Shown here in pieces: positions 1 to 11,547 of a DNA stretch of 64,000 bases. Source of the stretch: Chiloscyllium plagiosum. Taxonomy: Eukaryota. Position numbers and translations under genes: made by a program. How positions within the stretch are numbered: position 1 is the stretch's first letter; each line of letters starts with the position of its first letter. The stretch lies in the NCBI RefSeq assembly GCF_004010195.1, contig NC_057719.1, forward strand, positions 60,592,002-60,656,001. Reading direction: 5' to 3'. Under the pieces are notes generated by a model, which worked only from the letters and a program-made list of their open reading frames with translations, ran no database searches and had not been told where the DNA came from.

Positions 1-720
1 GATGCTGTGGGTGGGAGATCTCCTGAGGTGATGAGGTTCTGTATGGTCTGGGAGATGATGGTTTGGTGATGGGGGGTGGGGTCATGGTCGAGGGGGCAGT
101 AGGAAGAGGTGTCCTCGAGTTGGCGTTTGGCTTCAGCAGTGTAGAGGTCAGTGCGCCAGACTACCACTGCACCCCCTTTATCTGCTGGCTTAATGCTGAG
201 GTTGGGATTGGAGCAGAGGGATTGGAGGGCTGCGCGTTGTGAGGGTGAGAGGTTAGAGTGGGGGAGGGGGGGTAGACAGGTTGAGGCGGTTAATGCCCCG
301 GCGTCAGTTGGAAATGAAGAGGTCGAGGGCAGGTAATAGGCCAGCGCGGGGTGTCCAGGTGGATGCAGTGTGTTGGAGGTGGGCGAAGGGGTCCTCGGAA
401 GGTGGGCGGGAGTCCTGATTGTGAAAGTAAGCTCGGAGGCGGAGGCGACGGAAGAATTGTTCGACGTCACAGCATGTATCAAATTCATTGATGCATGGAC
501 AGAGGGGGATGAAGGTGAGTCCTTTGCTGAGGACTGATCGTTTGTCCTCAATGAGGGGGTGGTCTGGAGGGATGGTGAAAACTCGGCAGGGCTGGGAGCT
601 GGGATCTGGTGTGGGTGTGGAGCTGGGAGTGGGGTCAGAGCCAGTACCTGGAGTGGGTGTGATGGTGGGGGGAATGGGGGTGGAGTCATGAGCAGGAGTA
701 GTGTTCCCCTCGGGGTGGAC
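1..720 (-). mobile_element. Penelope-like element (PLE), N-terminal/RT region, running off the left window edge
   Basis: ORF 304..744(-) reads VLSKGLTFIP...DVEQFFRRLRLRAYF. After one stop at 304-306 the same frame continues ...IKPADKGGAVVVWRTDLY, the typical PLE RT entry motif. Confidence 0.9.
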
Positions 721-789
721 TAAGTAAAGGTAAATGTATGCCATTTAATTTGGTATTTGTTGGTTAGCATAGATATGTGTCTCTATGAC

Positions 790-1135
790 TCTGTGATGCA
801 GTAGCAGCAATGTAAACCATGTACAATATTCACTGCAGCAACTCGCCAAATTGTATTCAACAGCAGCTTCTTAACTTGTGACTTCTATCACCTCGTAGTG
901 CATGGAAGCACAACCACCAATTTCCCCTCTGAGATAACTTTCTTGGAAATATATCACCATTCATTCTCTATTTTTGGATCAATGGCCTGGAACTCCCTCC
1001 CTCAGTATGCTGCAGGTGTACTTTCACTGGATGGACTGCAGTGGTCCCAGATTGCAGGTCACTAATACCTCCTTGGGAGAAATAGGGATGAGCAATAAAT
1101 TCTAGCCTAAGCAGTGACACCCATTTCTTTAAAAA
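790..1135 (+). mobile_element. Decayed 3' end of a second CR1/L2-group LINE family
   Basis: Shares ctggaactccctccct...ggactgcag...agggatgagcaataaat with related copies at ~8900-9070, ~9270-9475 and ~60500-60690. Confidence 0.65.
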
Positions 1136-1319
1136 ATAATATTTTTAAGGCGGACTGTTAAATAGTAATTGATTTGAAATGCTGGACAAAATCTTTAGTT
1201 CTGGACTACAAGTTTGGCAGGGGGCAGGAAGTGAGTTACACCTTGTCCGCTGCCATAGCCCTGATATGGCACCTTTCCATTCAATTACAGAAAGTCCAAT
1301 AATTGTTTATTTATTTCCT

Positions 1320-1680
1320 CACAGCCCAAGGCCCCAAATCACCTTCCAAGTCAAGCAGCAATTTACTTGTACATTTTTCAACCTAGTCTACTGTACTGTC
1401 GGCTTACCATGCAGAATCCTGTATATCGAGGTGACTGAATGTGGACTGAGTGACTGCACTGTGCTACATCTCCACTCCATCCATTAGAATGATCCAACTG
1501 TTCAGTTGCTTGTCATTTCAAAACACTAGCTTGCTCTCTTGCTAATATTGCTGTCCTAGATCATTTGCATTGTTCCAACAAAGCCCATAGCTATCTGGAG
1601 ATACAGCATTTCATTTTCTACTTACACACTTTACAGCCTTCAGGATTCAACATTAATTTCAACAAATTCAGAACATGAAT
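1320..1680 (+). mobile_element. Decayed PLE GIY-YIG endonuclease fragment
   Basis: ORF 1179..1487 contains FQVKQQFTCTFFNLVYCTVGLPCRILYIEVTECGLSDC, a degenerate FTCxSxNLVYCIxCxxCxxLYIGET motif. Confidence 0.75.
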
Positions 1681-1894
1681 ATTGTCCTCCATTTTGATGA
1701 TCTCCATCTTTACCTCAAGTGCTTTGTTTGCATGAGATTGCTGTCAGCAGAGTGACCTACGTTTGAACTATCCACACAGCAAACTAATACATATTCTGCA
1801 TTTATGTGTCCCCTCTACTGCCAGTCATACACCCTGTGTCTTTTGTTCTTTGCCATCTCTTCCACTTGCTCCTTTTCCCCTCATTTTTCAGGCT

Positions 1895-2330
1895 TCATCA
1901 GTTCTGAAGAAGTGTTACATTGGATTCAAAATATTAACTTTGTTTCTCTCCTCCACAGATGCTGTCAGACCCTTACTGAGTTTCTCCAACACTTCTTATT
2001 TTTCTAGATGTTGGTTTGCTCGATGAGCTGGGAGGTTTGTTTTCAGACATTTCGTCATTGTACTAGGTAACATCTTCAGTGAGCCTCTGAATGAATCACT
2101 GGTTGTAGAGCCCACTTTCTATTTATATGTTTGGGTTTCCTTGGAACCCTTCATTTGGAGGCTCACTGAAGATGTTCCCTAGTATGGTGATGAAATGTCT
2201 GAAAATGAACCTCCCAGCTCAGCAAGCAAACTTATATCCAGAACCTGAACCTGAGCTACAAATCTTCTCAAAACTCACCAGCTTCCTATTTTTATTTCAG
2301 GTCTCCAGCTTTTGTCGCTTTTTTTTTACT
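1895..2330 (+). repeat. Old PLE terminal-repeat copy interrupted by a palindromic PLE-derived insertion (2004-2281)
   Basis: Host reads tctgaagaag...ctctcctccacagatgctg. The insert has inverted arms (~2010-2090 vs ~2155-2232) and is flanked by cttcttattttt (1992-2003) and cttcctattttt (2282-2293). Confidence 0.7.
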
Positions 2331-2696
2331 TGGATGTATTATTCATAAGCTGTACCAGGGATTGTAATTTTGGAGGCAGTAGTGGGAAATAAAAGGAGGA
2401 ACCGCTGAAAGAAACACTGGGGAACTCAGAAAAACAGGAAAATAAACAATAACGATAGAAAGCCAGAAAGTAGTTCTGAGCAGAAAACAAGATCTTGAAA
2501 AGAAAGTTGGTGAAATGCACATGAAAGGGAGCAGTTATAAAAATCACAAATGTTAATGAAGATCCCCAACTAATATGAACTTTAAAAAAAATTAATACTA
2601 TTAATTGTTATGATCAAAATTCGTACTTACAGTTACTGTGAAAGAATTAAGCAAAAAATTGTTTATAGAGCTATATAACCAAGAAAAAGAGAGATC

Positions 2697-4999
2697 CTAT
2701 AAAGTGGCCAAGAGCACTGGGAAATCAGAAGTTGGGAAGGCTACAAAAGCAAACAGAGGATAACAAAGAGAGAAATATGGAAGGAGAGGATCAAATATGA
2801 AGGTAGGCTAGCCAGTTATATTAGAAATGATAGTAAAAGTTTCTTTCAATACATAAGAAACAAACGACAGGCAAAAGTAGACATTGGGCCACTTCAAACT
2901 GATGCTGGAAGCCTAGTGATGGGAGATAAGGAAATAACTGGAGAACTTAGTAAGTACTTTGCATCAGTCTTCACAGTGGAAGACATGAGCAATACCCCAA
3001 CAATTAAAGGGAGTCAGGGGGCTGAGTTGAGTATGGTTGCCATTACAAAAAAGATAGTGCTAGAAAAGCTTAAAGGTCTTAAAATTGACAAATCTCCTGG
3101 CCCCGATGGGCTACATCCTAGAGTTCTGAGGGAGGTGGCTGAGGAAATGGCGGAGGCGTTGGTTGAGATCTTTCAAAAGTCACTGGAGTCAGGGAAAGTC
3201 CCAGATGATTGGAAGACTGCTGTTGTAACCCCATTGTTCAAGAAAGGATCAAGGCAAAAGATGGAAAATTATAGGCCAATTAGCCTAACCTCGGTTGTTG
3301 GTAAAATTCTAGAATCCATTGTGAAGGATGAGGTTTCCAAATTCTTGGAAGAGCAGGGTCAGATTAGAACAAATCAACATGGATTTAGTAAGGGGAGGTG
3401 GTGCCTGACAAACCTGTTAGAATTCTTTGAAGAGGTGACAAGTAGGTTAGACTAGGGAAACCCAGTGGATGTGGTCTACCTAGACTTCCAAAAGGCCTTT
3501 GATAAGGTGCCACACGGGAGGCTGCTGAGTAAGGTGAGGGACCATGGTGTTCGAGGTGAGCTACTGGCATGGATTGAGGNNNNNNNNNNNNNNNNNNNNN
3601 NNNNNNNNNNNNNNNNNNNNNNNNNNNNNNNNNNNNNNNNNNNNNNNNNNNNNNNNNNNNNNNNNNNNNNNNNNNNNNNNNNNNNNNNNNNNNNNNNNNN
3701 NNNNNNNNNNNNNNNNNNNNNNNNNNNNNNNNNNNNNNNNNNNNNNNNNNNNNNNNNNNNNNNNNNNNNNNNNNNNNNNNNNNNNNNNNNNNNNNNNNNN
3801 NNNNNNNNNNNNNNNNNNNNNNNNNNNNNNNNNNNNNNNNNNNNNNNNNNNNNNNNNNNNNNNNNNNNNNNNNNNNNNNNNNNNNNNNNNNNNNNNNNNN
3901 NNNNNNNNNNNNNNNNNNNNNNNNNNNNNNNNNNNNNNNNNNNNNNNNNNNNNNNNNNNNNNNNNNNNNNNNNNNNNNNNNNNNNNNNNNNNNNNNNNNN
4001 NNNNNNNNNNNNNNNNNNNNNNNNNNNNNNNNNNNNNNNNNNNNNNNNNNNNNNNNNNNNNNNNNNNNNNNNNNNNNNNNNNNNNNNNNNNGAAGATAGG
4101 TGGACAGGCAGGTAGTATTGAGGAAGTGGGGAGGCTGCAGAAGGGTCTAGATAGTTTGGAGGAGTGGTCCAGGAAATGGTTGATGGAATTCAATGTGAGC
4201 AAATGCGAGGTCTTGCACTTTGGGAAAAAGAATAGAAGCATGGATTACTTTCTAAACGGTGAGAAAATTCGTAAAGTCAAAGTACAGAGGGATCTGGGAG
4301 TGCTAGTTGAGGATTCTCTAAAGGTAAACATGCAGGTTGAGTCCGTGATTAAGAAAGTGAATGCAATGTTGTCATTTATCTCAAGAGGGTTGGAATATAA
4401 AAGCACCGTTGTGCTACTGAGACTTTATAAAGCTCTGGTTAGGCCCCATTTGGAGTACTGTGTCCAGTTTTGGTCCCCACACCTCAGGAGGGACATACTG
4501 GCATTGGAGCGTGTCCAGTGGAGATTCACACGGATGATCCCTGGAATGGTAGGTCTAACATACGAGGAACAGCTGAGGGTTCTGGGATTGTACTCATTGG
4601 AGTTTAGAAGGTTAAGGGGAGATCTAATAGAAACTTACAAGATAATACATGGTTTGGAAAGGGTGGACACTAAGAAATTGTTTCCTTTAGGCGAGGAGGC
4701 TAGGACCCATGGGCACACTTTAGAATTAAAGGGGGTCAATTCAGAACAGAAATGCGGAGACATTTCTTCAGCTAGAGAGTGGTGGGCCTGTGGAATTCAT
4801 TGCCGTGGAGTGCAGTGGAGGCCAGGACGCTAAATGTCTTCAAGGCAGAGATTGATAAATTCTTGATGTCACAAGGAATTAAGGGCTACGGGGAGAATGC
4901 GGGTAAGTGGAGTTGAAATGCCCATCAGCCATGATTAAATGGCGGAGTGGACTCGATGGGCCGAATGGCCTTACTTCCACTCCTATGTCTTATGTCTTA
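2697..4999 (+). mobile_element. CR1 (HER1-like) LINE, 5'-truncated, ORF2 RT plus 3' tail, spanning a gap
   Basis: Motifs KSPGPDGLHPRVLRE, DWKTAVVTPLFKKG, NYRPISLTS, VVYLDFQKAFDKVPH and LVRPHLEYCVQFWSP; ends in a tatgtct tandem tail. Confidence 0.95.
3580..4091. other. Assembly gap
   Basis: Run of N. Confidence 1.
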
Positions 5000-6614
5000 A
5001 GATTGAATATATTTCTATATATATTTTTGACAGTAAACATTTTGAGACATTGAGCTTTACAGCAGTTGAGTACTAAGTGAACTCCTTAAAATGAAGATTT
5101 GATGTAAATGTTAGAGAAGTATTGGAGAGGTGAACCCACTAATAATGAGAAATAATACATCAATTAGGAATCGGACATGAAAGGCAATTCATAAGGAAAT
5201 AGTCTACCATAAACATCAGCTTTTCCAAATACCTTAAATTGCAGGAATTCCTGAATAAATAGAATGAATCATAACTGCTTTTTATGATAGTTAGGCTTTA
5301 AAAGAAATCATCAAGCAGCAACGTCATGGAGGTTTCATTGTTATGTACATGAATTCAGCTACAAAACAGCCATAGGGCAGTGGGAACAAATTTCATAAAA
5401 CACAGGAGCTTAGACAATGTGAAACAGCAGAACACATGTCAAAAGTAGCCCATATATCCTGATTTGTGGTAACTGTCAGACATACCAAGTTTCACTGTTA
5501 AACAACATTCCCTCTAAGTTGCACAGCAACTCAGAGGCTCTGTGCACACTTCCTTTGCTTCAACCTCCACATGCCACTATTGCCAAATAAAGAATGATGA
5601 CATCCAAACATTTCCTTCTCTCTTTATGAGAAATTGAAGACACAAAATCATTAAATGAAAATCAATAACTGCACAAAGATAAACTTAGTTCAGAAAATCA
5701 TGACTTATTGCTTAAAAACAGGAGGACTCTTCAAATTGAACGCAGTCTTTGATTATGATTTTTATTTTATATCTGTAAGAAGCAGGCTGATTTTTGTTTT
5801 ACATAAAAGGGTGCAGATCCTCTGGTTGCAGAGATCTTAAACTTGAAATAGGAAGTTAAGTAAGTCTGCCTTCTGGCTAGTTAATTCATAGATCTGCACT
5901 CACATAAACTTATGTTGTTCGTCTCCAAAATGCTTTGAAGTCCAGGGCTGCCTCATGTTCAGGTCAATGTTCCAAGTGTGTGACAATGAGATCTTGAAGT
6001 CTTTTATGAGAAGTTACTGCTGCTTAGCATTGAACTGCCATCATGATCTGGTCTGCCCACAAAATATGATGTAGTTGCAGTGATTTTGTTTTAACTTTCA
6101 GTATGGTATTTGTTCCTGATGAAGCAATAATTATGGCTCTCTAAACATTTGAAGTTGTTATGTGAAATGTGATGCTGAAAGATTGAACAGATAGCTTATT
6201 TTACCTACAAATATTACAATCACAAGCACTGCACAAGTACTGAGTAGTTTTGTTAAAATTGTCGTATGCTTTCCTTGGTATGTCAAGTTGCAAGTGCCAC
6301 AAGTGAGCACAAGACAGAGATATTTATACAATCTGGCCAGATGCTGTGAAACCATGGTGATATCATGAGCATGTCTCCTAAAGGTGGACTGCATACTAGC
6401 AGAGAGACATAAGACAATGGATTCCAGGGATCAAGAGATTTGCCCTGAGGAAATGGTGACTTTTCCCAATGCTGAGATAGAAGCTCAGAGATGCTATAAC
6501 TGGAGCTATCTGCTTACAAGAAATTAATCAACTCATTGGGATTCTGAAGACATGTCTCTGGTGCTTGGCCTCTTCAAATTGTAATTTGCAATATAATATT
6601 GCATGTCAGTTGTG

Positions 6615-6730
6615 GAGGATGGTTCTTGTGGTGCAGAGGTAGTTTACCACCTCTGAGCCAGGAGACCCATGTTTAGATCTCAACTAGAGTCGTGTCATAA
6701 TATCTCTGAACAGGTCAATTACAAATATCT
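6615..6730 (+). mobile_element. Short tRNA-derived SINE, decayed
   Basis: A-box/B-box-like head gtggtgcagaggtag...ccatgtttagatctc. Related minus-strand copies at ~24470-24590, ~29385-29510, ~31540-31670 and ~62245-62340. Confidence 0.55.
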
Positions 6731-7679
6731 ACTCCTGCAAGGTCTTGCAAATTGTGGCGATCTACTGCATAGCCCATGACTTAGCCTTCTGGAGAGATAG
6801 GGATCTTAAAGAGGGTGAGTGCTAGATTGACACAATTCATTGCAAGAAAAGGTGGAAGGAAAGGGTAGGAACATGCAGAGCACATAGAAGCCCATGCAAT
6901 TATAGGAAGATAGTTGAGCTGGCTCAAGAATTGAAACCTCATCAAGATGGTGTGAACACCAGGCACCTGAAAGCAAATCACACAGAAGACTGTAGGATAC
7001 TTTGCTTTTGACTTTGACCAATCTGTCCATTAAATATATCCATTAAACATTCAAACTTGAATTTGTGCCTGAGATACTTCTTTTTACACTCATGGAATGT
7101 GAGTATTGATGACTGCAACACATCTGTCTAGCAATGTGTGTCATCATTCAAAGACCATTGCTTCCCCTCACCACTTGTTTCCTCTTTTGCAGCCTTACCA
7201 TTAAAGAAAGTGAGCTCCCACATGTGGGACTATGGCTCAACATTTAAAGTGTTATTAATAAATTACAATGTGCTTAATCATAAGTGAAACTACTTAAGTG
7301 AGCCATTCAATGCTGTGATTGATGCAGTGCCTTTGCTATTGGTTATTTCTACAGTGTTCACCTTGTGGTTCTCAGAGGATACAGAGGCTTGTCTGTGTCT
7401 GTTTGAAGTGGGGAGTTATCCCAATATAGCTATGTATTATCTTATCAGCGAATATCACACCATCACCTCCACCTCACCCCCCTCCCCCACCCCAAACTTC
7501 TCCACCACTATTTATCTACTCAGGCGCTGGTAAAATTCATCCCTATATGAATACCTAAGTCGGCAAGCACAAACACATGTCCTTTTCTTCATGATTCTCT
7601 AACCTCATTATTTACATTCCATCAATACATCATGATGAGAAATCTGCAAAAACACCTTTGACTATGGTCTAGAGTATAA

Positions 7680-7815
7680 ACAGTGGCTCAGGTTTGGTAA
7701 CACTCTTCTCATTGAGTGTCATGATTAAATTCCTACTCCAGAACTTGAGCACAAAAATTAAGGCTGACACTTACTTACAGTAATGAGGTAGTGCTACACT
7801 GTTAGAAGTGACAAG
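7680..7815 (+). mobile_element. Deu-domain SINE (SacSINE1-like), 5' part
   Basis: tRNA-like head cagtggctcag..., then actccagaacttgagcaca...aggctgacact...gtaatgaggtagtgctacactgt, recognised from memory as a DeuSINE body. Confidence 0.6.
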
Positions 7816-7829
7816 TTTTGCACACAAAT

Positions 7830-8325
7830 CCTTATAAGATGGCTGAAATAGGACATATCAAAATTATCATGTGGGCAATGGCTACCCTGATAAGATGATT
7901 TCTTGCTGCATATCATGCACAAAGAAGACTAAAGCTTTTTGGTCAAGACTTTTGGTCTTGAAAAGTACCCAGTTTACCTCAGATTACCATAGAATGATAA
8001 GGTATTGCAAACATTTGAGCAACAGCTGAATTTAGCTGTTGCACGCTGTAACTATGCACCATCCACATTCACTAGTGGTGTTCACCACTAACATCATTAA
8101 AATGAACCTGTCGTCAAGCCAAAAAATCACTTTGGCTATCACCCAAATAAATAATGTGGTTATATGAATTTCAGGTTAGTGTGATGCTAGATATGTAGAG
8201 TCAAGATTTGAGTGGTGCTGGAAAAGCATAGCAGGTCAGGCAGCATCCGAGGAGCAGGAAAATCGATGTTTCGGGCAAAAGCCCTTCATTAGGAATACTA
8301 GATATGTAGGCCACACAGTCTCAGG
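7830..8325 (+). mobile_element. Decayed PLE C-terminal/GIY-YIG fragment
   Basis: gtggttatatgaatttcag...tgtgatgctagatatgtaggc (VVYEF...CDARYVG); homologous to 20160-20240. Confidence 0.6.
8199..8297 (-). mobile_element. 99-bp PLE terminal-repeat monomer with a degenerate hammerhead-like core and 12-bp TSD
   Basis: Minus strand reads tattcCTAATGAagggcttttgcccGAAAcatc. Exact flanking repeat ctagatatgtag at 8187-8198 and 8298-8309. Confidence 0.85.
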
Positions 8326-9070
8326 TACTGTGAAGTCCATGTCCAAATGCAATATGACCTGAACAATATTCAGGCTTGGTTTGAAACGTAGCAAATAACA
8401 TTCAAGCTACACAAATACAAACAATGACAATCTTCAAGAAGAGAAAATCTAACCATTGCCACTTGATATTCAATGGTTCTACCATCACTGAATATCCCAC
8501 TATCAACATCCTGGGATATTGATATTACAATTTTCTAGAAACTGAACTGAACTCATTATACAAATACAGTGGCTGCAAGAGTGTGGCAAAGGCTAGGAAT
8601 ATTGCTGTGAGTAACTCATCTCCTGACTCCCCAAAACTGTCCATCATCGGTCAGGCAGAATTCAAGTGTGTAGTGATTTATGTCGCCCTTGCCTGGATCA
8701 GTACAGCTCTAACAACGTTCAAGAAACTTGACACCCATAAATAACAAAGCTGTTCATTTGATTGGCACCACATCCACTAACATTCAGTCACTCCACCACA
8801 GGTGCTCAGAGACAGCATTGTGTACTACCTACAAGATGCACTGCAGAAATTCTCGAAGGACAAAGACAGCCTTGGAAACACCACCACTTGCAAGTTTTCC
8901 CTCGAAGTGACTGACCGCCCTGAGTTGGAAATATATCACGATTCCTTCAGTGTCGATGAGATGAAATCCTGAAGTTCCCTCATCAGAGGATTGTAGGTCT
9001 ACCTCCAGCAGATGGAATGCAGCAGTTAAAGACGATAGTTCACTACCACCTTTTCAAGGACAATTGGGAT
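8320..9070 (+). mobile_element. Second CR1/L2-group LINE, decayed 3' portion
   Basis: Homologous to 37170-38545 and 59540-60690 (cccactatcaacatcctgg, acaagatgcactgcag, 3' tail). Confidence 0.75.
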
Positions 9071-9749
9071 TAGATTAATTTAACATTAATGGAGACAAAC
9101 CTTTACTAGATCAAACTAAATTATAGCTGCTCTGGAATGCCGGAGGGTGATACCAGGTGCATGAAATGAAATTTAATCCAGTTCTGCCCAAAGTATTCCT
9201 CCCTTTGATAGGTGCATAAATTTATATAAAGAAGGTTTACTTCAATTGAGTATTTATCAATGGCAATATTAACATGCATGGGAACACCACACCTGCAAAT
9301 GTCCGTTCACAGTCACAAAGTAATTTCCTGAAATTTCCTTCCATTAGCACAGTGGTAATAAACACCTAGTACTGTAGTGATTCAAGAAAATATCTCAACA
9401 CCGTCTTCTCCAGCCAATTAGAAATTAGCATACACGCTGGGTTAGACAGTGATACTGACATCCCTAGAAATTTAAAAAGAAATTACTTAGTTTTATACAT
9501 ACTGAAATTTTCTGACTTACTTGAACTACATGAAACAAAATATCCTGTCAATGGCTCCCAAATTGTATAGATTGATATTTTTCATCTGGTACTACTTCAG
9601 TTCTGTTTCTCTTGTGGTTTTATTAATATTTGACTATGACATGGTGGACAGAAATGTAAACCTTTTTAAAACTGAATTTTTAATCGAGAATTATTGAAGC
9701 TAATTATACCCAATTATAATTAATTTAAAATAATCATTATAATTACCAA

Positions 9750-10590
9750 TTATTGCATTGTGGAGAATCTGGAAAAATGAGGGGTCGCACACTTAAGACA
9801 AAAATGAGGCAAAATTATTTGTGAGTGTCACAAATCTTTGGAATGCTTTTCCTCAAAACACAGTGGAAGCAGGGTATTTAAATATTTCTAATGCAATGGT
9901 GGATAGATTCTTGATAAGCACGGGCATAAAAGGTTATTTGAGTTAGGAAGGAATGAGGTGCTGAGATTACGATCATATTAACTGTGATTAGTTCATGAAG
10001 AAGCAGGCTTGAGGGGCCAAATAGCCCATTTAAAGGAGCAAATGAGTAAGAATAGGCCATTGAGCCTCTGCCCTTCTAAATTATGACTGATCAGCTACCT
10101 CAGTTCCATTCTCCACTCTATCCCAATACCTTCATAGAGTCATAGAGATGTACAGTATGAACAGACTCTTCACTGCAACTTGTCCATGCCAACCAGATAT
10201 TCTACATTTATCTACATTTATTCTACATTTGCCAGCATTTGGCCCATATCTCTCTAAGCCCTTCCTATTCATATACACATCCAGATGCCTTTTAAATGTT
10301 GTAATTGTATCAGCCTCCACAGCTGATTCCATACACACACCACCCTCTATGTGAAAAGTTGCTCCTGTTGTCCCCTTTAAATCTTTCCCCTCTTATCTTA
10401 AACCTATGCCCTTTAGTTTTGGATTCCCCTACACTGGAGAAAAGACCTTGACTATTTACCCTACCATGTCCCTCATGGTTTTATAAACTTCGATAAGGTC
10501 ACCCCTCAGCTTCCGCCACACCAGAGAAAATAGCCCCAGCCTATTCAGCTTCTCCCGATAGCTCAAACCTTTCAGCCCTGGCAAAATCTT
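9750..10590. mobile_element. Cluster of CR1 3' ends (plus ~9750-10030; minus ~10040-10130 and 10132-10590)
   Basis: ORF 10132..10338(-) reads AVEADTITTFKRHLDVYMNRKGLERYG; catagagtcatagag is the reverse complement of the CR1 tail. Confidence 0.85.
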
Positions 10591-10637
10591 TCTATTCTGA
10601 ACCCCATTAGTAAAGCAGAAAATGGAAGCACGAGTAG

Positions 10638-11547
10638 TGTTATAACAGAGACCAGCAGCAAAATCAAATTAGACTCTCTACCTTTGTATTCACAACATAG
10701 TAAAATTAAAACCTTCAAAGAATCAAAAAATTAATCCTAATGGCTCCTAACTAGATCTTTTTCAATAACTAGTACCAGACACTAGATTTACAGTGTAAAC
10801 AAAAAAAAACAATTTTATAATTGCTTTAGCAGACCAAATTTAAACCACAAGAGAGTCTAATTAATTTCGAAGATTTAAATCCAATCCCCTTTAATTCTAG
10901 CCCCACTGTTACACAAAGACATACAGACAAACAGACAAATAGGTAAATGAAAAGAGAAAAATAAATGAGATGGAACTGGCCAGTTCAGTAGACTCCATGA
11001 TCCATAACATATGGGATTATATCTTGCTTGGTTTCTGACAACAACAATGCATGCAGATAGTTTACAGTAGGCTCAGAGTAATATTATTTAATTCTTATAA
11101 TTGAGATTCTAATCTCTGGACTTGCAATAAATTGAGAGGAAAGCAAGGGAGCAATCATATATCTATCCTGTACCTTTTGCAGGCACAATTGTTCTGACTG
11201 AAAAATGCAGCTTAGAAGCTAGTTTAAACTGTGGTCTCTCCTTGCCAGACTTACTGACTCCTCACAAAATCCCAATTTACATTCAACATCTGCCTTCTGC
11301 TTCAGCACAGGCCACTCTGAAGTAAAAGCATCTATGGAGCATTCTTTTTAACAAGAAAAACCTGCAATTAACTTTCAGACCTGACCTCAAAAACAAATAA
11401 CAGCTTGTTTGTTCTTTATTTAAACACAAGCTGATGTTCACAGTCCAAAGGTTACCTTTCAGTTCTCAGATCACAGTACACAGTTCCAAACCAAAAACAA
11501 TAAAAAGAATAAAACAAAACTTTTAAAATTCAGTGAGGATTCTAACA
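10638..11547. mobile_element. Probable solo LTR
   Basis: Begins tgttataac and ends ctaaca (TG...CA). It splits a CR1 3'-tail motif (gagtag | gccattc); the 4-bp flanks are imperfect (gtag/gtga). Confidence 0.55.
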
